DNA of 64,000 nucleotides from NCBI GenBank assembly GCA_950097015.1, contig CATNEN010000010.1, forward strand, positions 2,108,001 to 2,172,000, read 5' to 3'. Both the position numbers and the translations under genes were made by a program. The stretch comes from Macrostomum hystrix. Taxonomy: Eukaryota; Animalia; Platyhelminthes. A model generated the notes under the pieces. It ran no database searches. It saw only the letters and a program-made list of their open reading frames with translations, and was not told where the DNA came from. Shown here one piece after another: positions 36,601-48,600 of this stretch; the stretch's first letter is position 1, and each line of letters opens with the position of its first letter.

Positions 36601-39600
36601 CTTGCTAAAGGACACAAATTTTTCCAGTGAAGTCAGGAATCGAATCCCCGACCCTTAAGTCGTGAGTCCGATGCCCTAACCACTAGGCTACCTCTTCTAC
36701 GGTAGAACTTAACCAATATCAGCCGAATCCTGCAGCTAGGGAAGATTATCAGTCCCGAGTTTGAGACAGCTGGTAGTCAATTCTGAGCTCACCTAAATCT
36801 TTGTTACACCTGCAGCATCTCGAACCAGATGGAGGTAACGAACGAAAAAGAGCGAATCGAACAGGAAATCCTGGATGTGAAGTGCCTGCAGCTCCTGCGA
36901 GCCATCATCCACAACGAGATCGTCAAGCTGCCTGACAACTTTGACAGCGCTGACACAAAAGAGTAAGCGTGTAGTGTCAATAACGCAATCGCATGCTCGA
37001 TATTTTTGCAGACTCATTGTAATTTGCTTAATATGGCAACCCTATGTCCATAACAATGCAACCTTATGAAAGTGGACAGCAGCATCAACTGCTTCGACGA
37101 TTAGTTTCCCTGTGATGATAGGTTAACCAAGGAAGAATATGAGAAGCAATGCGGGAAATTAATGAGGCATGCAAAAATATTTTAATCTAATTTTCTTCAG
37201 CATCATGGCCAAACTTACTGGTAAGTAGTGCAAGTTCCAGAAAGTTGGTTCTCTTGGGCTACATTGCGCACCATAGCGCTTCACTTGCTGCTCAGGAATA
37301 TTCGATTGACAAGCTGTAATACCAAGTGCTGAATTGCCTCGGTTTCAGGCTGACTCGAATGGGACAAAGTGATCTTGCCAGGTATTTACAAGATAATGTA
37401 CAGCTTCCGTTGCGAAAATGTTTCGTGCTTTTGCGTTAAACTACCCGCTTGAAGCATTTAATGCATGTGCTTAACGCGCTTTTTTCAGTTTAACATGAGT
37501 GCTTGATGTAGCTTGAAATTCATTTTTTATCAACGTTATGCATTTTGAGCATGGCTTGAGTCTCAAATTCAAATTTGAAGTGTTTTAGAGCGTCTACAGT
37601 CGTATACTCGTAAGTGTTACGAGTATTAGCTTGCTTTCCTCTGATTAATCTGGGCATTGCAGTTCCGTGTCAAAACACTAGCAGTTGTGTCACGGCCGTC
37701 TTCGGTCGTTAAAGGTTTTAATTTCTCGTAATTTCTATTTATTTCTAAAAATGACCTTTCATAACATAAAGGTTGTACTGGGTTACCCAGTTAAATACAT
37801 TTTATATTTATTAGTCAGTGGCTTGACAGCGTAACTTCTTACTTCTTTACAATCCAGACTCATTGAGGTGATCTCACAAGTCCAGAACTCGCTTAACAAG
37901 CACGACGCCATGCTAAAAGTGCTGCCACACCTGTCGAAACCGTCCGACGAGATCGTGCGAGAAGTACTGGGCTTCCTGGCCAACATGCTGTTCAACGGCA
38001 ACGAGGAGGTGCAGGGCAGCCTGATTGAGTATTTCTACGGCACGCGCGAGGAGAAGTTCTTCATGGCTGTTAAGAACCGCATCAGCTTATCGTCAATGGC
38101 CTGGAAGGAGAAGCAAGTACTACTCGACTGTTGGTTATAGGCTGGTGTAGCTATGAGAGTTGAAATTATTTTGGCACACAAATGATGGGGCTCAGTCTTT
38201 CTTGTGCCATTCTCAGCTACTGTCTTTTAATGCTGTTTAAATAAAAAATACAACTTCAATGATTGCCTTAGCAATAGGGTTATTCGATCCACTTTTACGT
38301 TTTCAGTCGAGCGCTAATAAGTCAGCATCAGGCAAAAATCGAGGAAGCCATCGCTGAAATGCGCGACCTCCAGCAGGCGATCAAGGAAGGCCGGGTCTCC
38401 GCAGAGGCGATGCAGGGCAGCAAGCTGGGCTCAATGTTGATGAGCATCCAGGCCAGCAGGACCAGCGTCGGTGGAAGCGCATCCAGAATGCGGGGCAGCA
38501 CTGCGGAATTGCGTCGGCGACTTCAACGAGCGGAGGGCTCCACGCCACAGATCCGCGGATCGCAGTCCAGCCTCCACGCAAATGGCGCTCAGACAAGCAC
38601 GGCAGCTGGCACAGGTGCCGGTGGATCGAAGGCCCTACTGGTCAAGGGTTCTCAGCCGCCCAACGGCCAGGCGGTCGGATTCCTGCCGGAAAATCGGGTC
38701 GCTCCCGTCCAGCAGAGCATTGTGGGAGCCGCATCAGCTATTGACGATGCTGAAATCGAGGAGTTGGCAATGAAGGTCGTGATGGAGAACGAGAATTTGC
38801 AGATGAAAGATGGTGGCTATATTGAGCTGGTGCTTCGAGTGCTTGCTTATATATGTGACGGACAGAACACTCAGCTGCAGGACTACCTTCGAGAGCAGCC
38901 CGACAACATTAAGTCAATCAATCTTGTGGCAGAAACAGCTCGCTTTCTAGGCCTAACCTACACGTCGATCAACAAAGCAAACATTTCACTGATCATCCAG
39001 ATTTTTGATACTTTGGTTGAATTCACGTCAGGCAACTTGAGCAATCAGGCGGTGTGCTTCGACAACAAAGTGTGCGACTATATGAACTATCTGTTGCGTT
39101 CCAAGCAGTCCTATGCAAAGTTCGGTCTTCAGGACGAAATGAGCATTAAAAGATCAATCGCCAATTTGATCATTGCGATGATTGAAGAAAATGTCAAGCG
39201 TGCAAAGGACCACGACCCGGCTGAGCTGCTGGGAAGCAACGGGCTGAGCGCCGCGCACATGGAGAATAAGCTGAAGGCAACTGCCGGAGTTGCCGACGAG
39301 GTGAAGGACACAATCGACGCGGAGAGCATTCGCAACGTGTTCTACGACTGCTACCGGCGCCACCTTGACGAAAGTCTGACGAAAGAGTCACGAGAGATGA
39401 TTATCACGGTGGGATTCAAATACTTTCTCATATTTCTGCGATTTCAGGACCTGGATAATCGAGAAACGATTAACTTCGAAAAGATGATAGAAAGAGATGT
39501 CGATGCAGAAGACCAGCAACTTGCGTGGGATTTCTATCAGTCCAACACCATGTCGATTGAGGTGCTAAAAGACGATAACCTGCAAAAGGTCTACTTCCGC

Positions 39601-42431
39601 GTCAAGGACAGAAAGGTTCTTCGAGAAGAAGTGAAGGAGCGCTTCAAATATGAAGTGGATCGGTAGGAAATTTATTTGTTTTTTCTTCATTTATTTAGCA
39701 TCTACAAAATACGAAGTGTAATCTGTAAGGGTGAAAATCAAACCTTAAAACGCACAACAGGACATCTCCGACGAACAAGCTGCGCGACTTCTCCGACTGG
39801 CTGCGAGAGATCATCAAGGACATCAAGTGGCAGAAGCGAGTGCTCAGCAATCCTCTGGGCTCATTCTTTGTGCACGGCTGGAAGGCCTTCAACATCCTGT
39901 GCATCATCCTGAGCCTGGCCATCAGCATCGTGGTGTTGGTCACTTGGACCAAGCCTGACGATAACAGCGATCCCGTGCCAGTTCGCACAGACGCGGCAAT
40001 CTATGCTACCTATGTGCTTGGCATTCTGCACAATATACTCAGCATGTTTGTACTAATTAGTTTCTTCCTGTGCAACAACCCATATGTGCCGAGTCCCCGT
40101 CAGATTCGCACTTTCTGGTCGTAAGTTAATCGTTTCATATTACGAGCTACTTGCTTATTAAAAATATAGCTCCCGCTTATGTTTTTGTTGTCTCTAATCC
40201 TTGCATAGGAAACTGATTGGGGTCACTCCAAAGGACGTCGAAGAGGACGTAGAAGAATCTGGTGGCAAGCTGCAGGTGTCCGTATTCAGCTTTAGCACAT
40301 TCTACTACCTGATCTTCTTGGGCTTCTCTATTCTGGGGACGGTCTTTTACGGCTACTTCTTCGCGTTTCACCTGCTGCACATTGCCAGGCACAACCAGCT
40401 GCTCACGCGAGTTATTCAGGCCGTTACAAAGAACGGTGAGTCAGTTCCGCTTTTATGTCATTTGATATTTAGTGCTAATATACTGTTTCGAAATATTTTG
40501 GTCTGAAATGTATTCCTACAAGAAACTGTTTTGTCAAACATTAGGCCTCTCGTTGCTGTGGGTTCTTATCTACTCCATGGCATTCTTCTTCATTTACGCA
40601 CTGCTGAGCTTTGCGTTTTATCGGAGCATATACGACAGCACGACAGGAAACTTCTGCGAGACCATGTACCAGTGCACGGTGACCGTCATTCACCGAGGCC
40701 TAATAGCTGGAATCTACGATGTGAGTCGCGCTTGTGAGAACTGGCGCTGCACTAAAGCCATTGTTTTTTTAATTAAGAATGGACTTCAAATCGTAACATC
40801 AACACGATCTCAGTAGAAGTACGAGCGTATCTTCGCCCTACGTTCTCAAGTATTTTAATGAACGGTTTAATGCCACACGCCTCATTTTAACCTTATGACA
40901 GGAAAATGTAAGTACCCCAAATGTTATAATGCATGCCACATATAAGCATGCACGGACGGTAATGTCAAAGTACCATAAAAATTACTCATTTCATTTCCTT
41001 GCTTTTCCACCTCGCAAGCAACACATCGCCTTTTGAAGAAATTACCACAGCACTCATTAGCCCGCTCCTTGCTCTTGCTCGAATTTTCTCAGTTTTTAGT
41101 CCTTTTTATAGCTGTTGTGGTGATTTTAGAGCCTTTCTGATGAACCTTTCTTCTGCATGAGTTTTTATCAGATGATTAATGTCCTCAAAGTGACATTTTT
41201 GTGAAAGAGCAAATTTAGCCCATGACAATTAGCTTGTCTTGCAAGTGATCGATTAAAGGATACTTTGATCTAATGTGAAATCATATTTATTGCAGTACCT
41301 TCCCGTGCCCAGCAATGAGTCGTTCACGTATCATGTTGTGAAAGGCATCTTCGACATTTCCTTCTTCATCATCATCACCACCATCGGCCTGAACATCATC
41401 TTCGGCATCATTGTCGACACATTCAGCGAGTTGAGGGACTCCAAATGGCAGATCGACCAGGACATGACCTCCGTGTGCTTCATCTGCTCCAGGAATGCCT
41501 ACGACTTTGAGCACCATGGAGAGGTAAGACACTCATTTGGATACTGCAAGCAGCGACCTGCCGTCTGCTCAATTCTGATGCCTCCAACCAAGAAGGTTCT
41601 ATCAGGCCAACATTGATCGTTCAACTTTATTTATTGCCAGGGATTCGAGAAGCATGTCAAGGAAGAGCACAACCAGTGGGCCTATCTGTTCTTCATTCTC
41701 TACCTGGACGAGACTCGATTCAATGACTACACAGCCATCGAACTGTTTGTCTGGCGACTGGTGAGCCGAACTCCCTCCCTAAATTTAGAGTTTGTGTTTG
41801 TGTTTGCTTGCCACGCAAAACTGCAGCAGCATGAGTTACATAAGAGCTTGACTCCAATAATAACAAAGGTGGCCTAACATGAGTTTCTCCAATCAACAAT
41901 CAGTTTTTTTGTTCATTCCTTCTCCAGTTTGAGAAGGAAAGACTGGACTACTTCCCGTTGAACAAGTCCATCACGCTGGAGGCGGCTGAGGACAACCGGG
42001 AGGAAGCCAAGCTCGAGACCCTTCTCAGCCAAGTGTCCTTCCTTGTTCGCAAGTGGAAAGAGGAGGTGAGTCACGTTTCAGTCTCAAAAAGCCAGGTGCT
42101 GTTAAGTTCCGGGCTTGCTGAATCGCTAATAAACCAGTTCAGTACTTTGGAAAGTGAGCAAGCGAATGCTAAATCGATCCCTTGTTTACAGGAGCTAGCC
42201 AAAGAGCGCGAGCGCGAGAAGCAGAGGCAGCAGAAGTGGGAGGAGCAGCACAAAAAGAGTGGCGACAAGGCCACTTTGGGCCGGCTGGTTCCGCCCCGGC
42301 CGATGACCGGCAAGCAGAAGACTGGACATGGCGAGTGCAGTGGTCGAGGCTGCCTTCAAATGACCCGCGAAGCCTCTGACTTAAAGTGGCTGCCTTTTGT
42401 GCCGACTGTTTTCATAATTGACGCCTCGTAA
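24683..42431 (+). CDS. ITPR: Inositol 1,4,5-trisphosphate receptor-like Ca2+ release channel, non-canonical lineage (copy A), about 2750 aa; one apparent +1 frameshift at 31264-31265
   Basis: Exons: 24683-24771, 24955-25025, 25103-25227, 25400-26182, 26649-26727, 26822-26910, 27069-27194, 27964-28107, 28343-28528, 28764-28778, 29341-29463, 29553-29777, 30126-30236, 30530-30601, 30684-30932, 31049-31299, 31421-31459, 31938-32037, 32143-32307, 32406-32493, 32584-32828, 32950-33073, 33493-34280, 34652-34714, 34908-35010, 35082-35168, 35252-35356, 35434-35508, 35575-35704, 36022-36163, 36816-36962, 37349-37381, 37858-38112, 38307-39662, 39761-40120, 40209-40435, 40545-40720, 40902-40907, 41296-41523, 41641-41760, 41928-42065, 42192-42431. 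Phases are continuous once the single extra base is removed. Motifs: [37 protein letters not shown]-associated LQDYLREQ, six TM segments, [18 protein letters not shown]2H2 CFIC...H...EH. The length of the C-terminal tail is less certain. Confidence 0.92.
28764..28778 (+). CDS. 15-nt in-frame microexon of ITPR-A (TSAEC)
   Basis: ttttatctttacag|ACGTCAGCGGAATGC|gtaagtagact; counterpart in copy B at 63720-63706 (KSADY) with the same gtaagtagact donor. Confidence 0.7.
35751..35990 (+). mobile_element. tRNA-derived SINE with a Meta/CORE-like central domain (degenerate copy) in an ITPR-A intron
   Basis: Degenerate B box (GTTTCGACT), core TTTGTGTCCTTCAGCAAG...ATTGCTTTCGTTCACCTAGC...GTGGGTGTGGCG, and AGGTGTAA before the tail, all shared with the copy at 36447-36698. 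Confidence 0.55.
36447..36698 (-). mobile_element. tRNA-derived SINE with a Meta/CORE-like central domain and (ATT)n tail in an ITPR-A intron
   Basis: Minus strand: A box GGTAGCCTAGTGGTTAGG, B box GGATTCGATTCC, core TTTGTGTCCTTTAGCAAGACACTTAACTC...GTTCACCCAGCT, 3' ATTATTATTATT. Confidence 0.7.
40902..40907 (+). CDS. 6-nt in-frame microexon of ITPR-A (EN), directly after the pore filter
   Basis: cattttaaccttatgacag|GAAAAT|gtaagt; 9-nt counterpart in copy B. Confidence 0.6.
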
Positions 42432-43904
42432 CTTTCTGTCCAACTGTCTTCCGATTGGCTGGGAGGAGATGGTTTCGTCGAATGTATTTTAGCCACAAGT
42501 TGGCTATCTTATTTAGGCAGAATACCTTTTCTAAGGCCTGTAAATGTGACTAACGCGTTCCTCCTCGCTTTTATATGTATAAGCTCTGAACTCTTTACAG
42601 ATATTTTACTCCCTTTATTGATATTGTTATCTGCCTGTCGCTTTCAAGTCTTGTATTTTGCCTTGGCGTTGCTGGAAGCTGCCTCCGACATGAGTTTTGA
42701 CTCGAGCTCTTACGGTGCCAAATCTTAAACAGTTGTACGAAGTCCTCATGTTAATGCGTGACTGACATAATGCCCTTGTGCAGGGAAGCTTCCAGCAACG
42801 GTCTGACACTCCTGACACTTACTAACTGTTGATGAGTACTAGAACTCGATGAAAGTTGGTGGCAAGTGAAAAAATAGTCAGTAAGATGGAACCGTTGAAG
42901 AACCAATGAATAGAAAAATAGGGATGGGAAGCTTTTAGGTGGTGCTACTGCGCTCGTTTTCCAATTCAGTCGCCACACACTTTCATCGGTGCAAACTCTA
43001 AATTAAGCTAACAGTTTTACCTAGAGTAATCAATTATAATGCTGGTATGTCGCATATTGCCAGACACAGCACTAACTCCTACTTCCATGCCGATGTATGT
43101 GTGATGTATTCGGCTGCCGACCTCCGCTATACTGGCTGTGCGTATCGCAGCTTTTGTGTGCGAGAGTCTTTCCTGTTAAATCAGATGTACTTGTGGATTA
43201 TCTCTTTGATTTAGCCAACTTCTTCCTTGCTCACTGTTATTGCCGGCGCTTTGTCTGAGATTTTTCCAGTTTGAGTTTATAGTTGAGATCTTATGATTAT
43301 TTTGATAAACCAGTCTACTTCGTATTTATTACGAGCTACTATAAACGTTAAACGTTAAATAAACGTTAACGACATATTTTATCTGAAAAATACAGCATAA
43401 AAGTACATTCATGCCTCACCCCTTATATTTTTCTGTTGTGAGAGCCCTTCGATACTATATCAAGTATACGATATCAAAGATTTCTAGATAGTAGTTGTAA
43501 CTACTACTCGTACAATCTGGCTGACGTCAGAGAGCTTGGACGGTAGGGCTTGTGATTCAGTATTGAAGAAACTGAGGTCACCGGCCAAACCTGAGTCTAA
43601 CTGACCGATTTCGCAGCCAAGAGGATGCAAGGTTAATACCGACGCGGCAGTCCTAAAGAAACGGAGGATACTTTAGAGAGCGCTCTTACTCTGCAGCAGC
43701 GACAAGGGCAATCGAATTCAGTGCTCGGTCTACTCCTGGTGATAATGCAAACAAGCACAAATGGGCGTCCCAAGCTTACAGGTAAAATCCGGTGAGCGTC
43801 TGCCACGTCAGTCAAGCTTACTATGAGAATTGGAATCGGGAGACGAGACACGCATAAGGTGGACTTAGGCGAGACTATCGTAAAAAGCAACCAATGATAT
43901 AGTA

Positions 43905-44142
43905 ATAAACGGCTATGAGTGCTGCAATGTTTTTAACCGAGGGCGCGTAGCGCCCGAGGTTTAAAACTTTGCAGTACGAATAGCCGTTTATCACTGGCAT
44001 TGTATACTTTTGGACCACAGACAGTTGGGGCGTGCAACAATCAGTCTCACGGAGCGGATATAGCCAGCGGTCTCGCGGGGCGTGCAGCAATCGATTATTT
44101 TGTCGATTGGTGCACGCCCGAAATGTCTATGGTCCAAAAGTA
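43905..44142. repeat. Two adjacent imperfect palindromes (fold-back or MITE-like element)
   Basis: ATAAACGGCTAT...GGGCGC GTA GCGCCC...ATAGCCGTTTAT (43905-43991) and TACTTTTGGACCA...TGGTCCAAAAGTA with about 38-bp arms (44005-44142). Confidence 0.75.
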
Positions 44143-45626
44143 GACCGCCTGACTTAGGGCAGCAAGAGAACTCAGTTTGGGGAAGGCTGTAAGACAGCGA
44201 GACGAGCCGTGGCATTACCGGGCTGCCTAGAACCATATGTCCAAGAACGGCACCGTCAGTCTACGCGTCTAACTGTGCGAAGTAACTATACCCCGAAGTA
44301 ACTATACCTGTGAGAGTATCGTGTATCTAAAGCGTTGCTGTTTAAATGTTTTCCAGTTCGTGTTACAATTGGTGGTGAAATATAACTGTGGCTTCAGACC
44401 CCGCATAGTGTGGGCGAAATAATCCGAGCTGGCGGGGTTCGGGACATAGACAGTAAAGGCGTGCAACAATCAGGCTTCATTGGTGGCTGGGAAAAAACCC
44501 CTCCAAAAGTGTACAATACGGCAAAGACGAAAGGCTTCGTGCTTTATCTACATTTATTTTACAGAGTTTGTTTGCTTCCTCACAAAAGCGCTGGTCGAAG
44601 TGTAAACGCAGCCCAAGCGTCGAATGCGTCTCCAACAATCGTTATCGTACGGCCAATGACTATCATTCGGTGACTTGCCTATCGGCGGCTCAAGCTAGCC
44701 TGTGTCTTCCGCGTCGTTGAAATTAACTCTAAATTCAAATTTGTTTTGCAAAAAATTACTAAACTTGAGTCTGAAAAACTTAAGACCTGTAGGACTGCAG
44801 TTAGAACAACACAGACAGTTCTAATAGTTTCCGTTGTATTGTAGAACTCCAACAGAACCTTCGGAAACACGGCCCATGCGCAATGAATTTTCGCCTGCTC
44901 ATCATGGAAATATTTCCTAGGAAAGTAACAAAAATAAAGAATTCTAGAACCAAAGCTTAACTCATCGATAAAGCTAGCTAATCTCGTGGCATTAACTATC
45001 TTAAAGACTTAATTGGGGTCTTAATGGGGCCTGTGAAAAACAGAAAATTGCGCAGAAAGTTAGCAAATCTAACAGCATAAGGTGCGCAAAATGAAAGAAA
45101 TTTTGTTTTATTAGCAAGAAGCAGCTTGACATGCACAGGACTGTCGGGGCCACAGGTTCACAGCATTTTCCACCGGGTTGCCCCCAAAACCATGTCTACT
45201 AGGCAGGGCCTCTGTTACGACACAGGCGGTACTAATCCATAGTGTCCGTGTTTTAAGTGAATTGACTAAGCGAAAGCTCGATGTCCAATATTGGCACTGT
45301 CTAACTATGACAATGTGATAGTTAGTCAATTTTTAATCATTTTCAAGTCAATACCTAAGAACCAAGTATTTTTATAGCTTCTAATAGTTCATACAATTTT
45401 TATAGCAGGAAATAAGGACACAACCCGGTAAAAATAAAAAAGAGCAAATGTTCCTTGGTCTAAGGCATCGGTTGAGTAGACTTAATTAAGAAGTGTGCAA
45501 AACCAAGCACGCCAAAATTCTAAAAAACGAACACATTCGACAGACGCAGCTTTCGTCAACCCAATAGGCGCCAGCGATAAAAAACTGTGAATCCTTGAGT
45601 TATGATTTGAACACACGCTAGAACGG

Positions 45627-48600
45627 TCAATCGAATGGAACTTCCAGCTGCTGACTTTCTTCAGTGGGACGTGGCCGGACGACGATGCCGCTGCTGCCGC
45701 CAGCGCCAGCGCTACCACTGTCTCCGCTGCCGCTGCCACCGCCGTTACCGCCGTTACCGCCGCCGCCGTTCTTCTTGTGCTGCTCCTCCCACTGCTGCTG
45801 CCTCCTTTTCTCGCGCTCGCGTTCCTTAGCCAAGTCCTGAGTGAATGTCGTTGCGATTGAGGATGAAAGATAGGAATCTGCAGCTTAATTAGACTTGGTT
45901 TGCAACTAGTCGCACCTCTCTAAATCAAACCGAGTTCCTTAAATACACTTTAAAGACAAACTAGGAACACAGACGCTACGGGTTCTTGACAAACTCTGTT
46001 AGATATATCAGATTTATTTTAAATACACGCCTAAACGTTCAAAAGTTTTTTAAAGCATGCCTCGTTTAGAAACAAAAAAACTGATTCGATCAATAGAAAG
46101 AAAGTTTCACCCACCTCTTCTTTCCACTTGTGCACAAGAAACGAGACCTGCGTCATTAGCGTTTCCAGCTTCAGTTCCTCGTGGCTGTCCTCGGCTGCCT
46201 CCAGCGTGATGGACTTGTTCAGCGGGAAGAAGTCTAGCTTTTCCTTTTCGTACTGAATTAGGATTGGTCACGGTCGGTATGCGAATTGTAATGAAAAACG
46301 TTTGTCCTATCACTTCGCGATTTGATTCAGATTTGTATTTGCTGACAAGTTAGTGCGACCTACCAATCGAGACACATAGAGCTCAATTGCAGTGTAGTCA
46401 TTCTGTCCTAGTCTCGTCCAAGTACAGAATGAAAAACAGATAGGCCCACTGGTTATGTTCTTCCTTCACATGCTTCTCGAATCCCTGAAATTTATTATCT
46501 TGCTATAAAGTATCCTAACAGCATGTAGCCTAAATGTCGACCAAACCAAACTACATGAAATTTCCGTACCTCTCCATGGTGCTCAAAGTCGTAGGCATTC
46601 CTAGAGCAGATGAAGCACACGGAGGTCATGTCCTGGTCGATCTGCCATTTGGAGTCCCTCAACTCGCTGAATGTGTCGACAATGATGCCGAAGATGATGT
46701 TCAGGCCGATGGTGGTGATGATGATGAAGAAGGAGATGTCAAACACCGATTTGGCCAGGTGATAGTCGAATGTTTTATTAGCTGGCACAGGTAGGTACTG
46801 GAATGAGAGTTGTTATGAATCATGAATGACATGTCACATGCAACCACTTTGCACTTTTTTACCGTGTTGTGCAGAAACAAAGGAGAAGCGCACGACAACA
46901 GAAACAAGTAAAAAATATATTGAAGTGCCGAAGAACATAACAGGGGGATTGTGAACCAGTTAAGGCAAACACCACAGAGGAAATAAAATACAAATCTGAA
47001 GATAAAATACAACAGTAAAGCTCTGGTGGATGCCTTTTTAATCCTTTCCAATACTTACATCTGCCTCCTGCGATTAAAAATAAAATTAGAGAATTATTTA
47101 TTTAAAACGTAATCTCACTGATAAATATGAAAATATGCTTTTCTCGCAGAGCATCACAAAGATCAAGTCTTACATCATAGATTCCTGCAATGAGGCCTCG
47201 ATGAATGACCGTGACGGTGCACTGGTACATTGTCTCGCAGAAGTTTCCAGTAGAAGAATCGTAGATTTCTCGGTAGAATGCGAAACTGAGCAGCGCATAG
47301 ATGTAGAAGAAGGCCAGCGAGTAGATGAGGACCCACAGCAGCGACAGACCTGAATGTAGCGACACATATTCAGTAGCAGCTCAGCAAGTACTGTATGAAG
47401 CAGCATAATATACGAGGCTATGAAACTGCCAGCCTATCGGGAGGAGCTAGTTTTCAGCGCAATTGTCTGTCAAAGTCTCACCATTCTTAGTGACAGCTTG
47501 AATGACCCTAGCCAACAACTGGTTGTGATTGGCGATGTGCAGCAGGTGGAATGCGAAGAAGTAGCCGTAGAACACGGTGCCCAGCACTGACAGCAGCAGG
47601 AAGGAGATGTAGTAAAACGTGCTGAAACTGAACACGGACGCTTGCAGCTTTCCTTCAGCGTTGTCTTCATCATCCGTGGATGTTTTGGCACCGACTCCTA
47701 TCAACTTTCTGCAAGCATGGAAGGAAGAAAGCGGAAAGGGATAAAAAATTGAGAAAGCTCGATGAAAGCATACAATGCAAAATGGGATCAAGTTGGTGTG
47801 GTCACTTACGCCCAGAACGTGCGAATCTGCTGCATACTTGGAAAATACGGATGATTGCAGAGAAAGAAGCTGATCAGTATGAAGAGGCTGAGTATGTTGT
47901 GCAGAATTCCCAGCACATAGGTGGCATAGACGGCGCCATCGGCTCGAACTGGCACAGGATCGCTGACTGTTTCTGGGATGTTCCAACTACTCAGCACGAC
48001 GATGCTGATGGCCAGGCTCAGGATGATGCACAGGATGTTGAAGGCCTTCCAGCCGTGAACAAAGAATGAGCCCAGAGGATTGCTGAGCACTCGCTTCTGC
48101 CACTTAATGTCCTTGATGATTTCGCGCAGCCAATCAGTGAAGTCACGCAGCTTGTTCGTAGGAGACGTCCTGTTAAAGTACATGTCTTATGCTCTAATTC
48201 GATTGTTTTTAAAGGACATCTAAACACGAAAGTCCTGAAACAATTTAATCATCAATTTATGAATAAATATTCTATTGCGAGAAAGGATCGTTCTCTTACC
48301 TGTCAACTTCGTATTTAAACCTATCCTTGACTTCTTCTCGAAGCACCTTCTTGTCCTTAACTCGAAAGTACACTTTCTGCAGATTGTTGTCCTTCAGGAT
48401 TTCAATGGACATTGTGTTAAACAGGTAGAAGTCAAAAATAAGGCGCTGCTCGTCAGCGTCAGCGTCCTTCTCAATCATCATCTCAAAATTGATGTTCTTT
48501 TTGTGATCGAGGTCTTGAAAGCGCAGGAAGATGTGAAAGTACTTGAACCCGACAGTTATAATAGTCTCTCTCATGTCCTTGTCGAGATCTGTATCCAAAT

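Noticed and set aside
48-42431. Functional cluster or operon of ion-handling genes (ZnT, DEG/ENaC, PPP1R3, ITPR)
   Set aside because: The genes alternate in orientation and are separated by kilobases of repeats; nothing in the sequence indicates co-transcription
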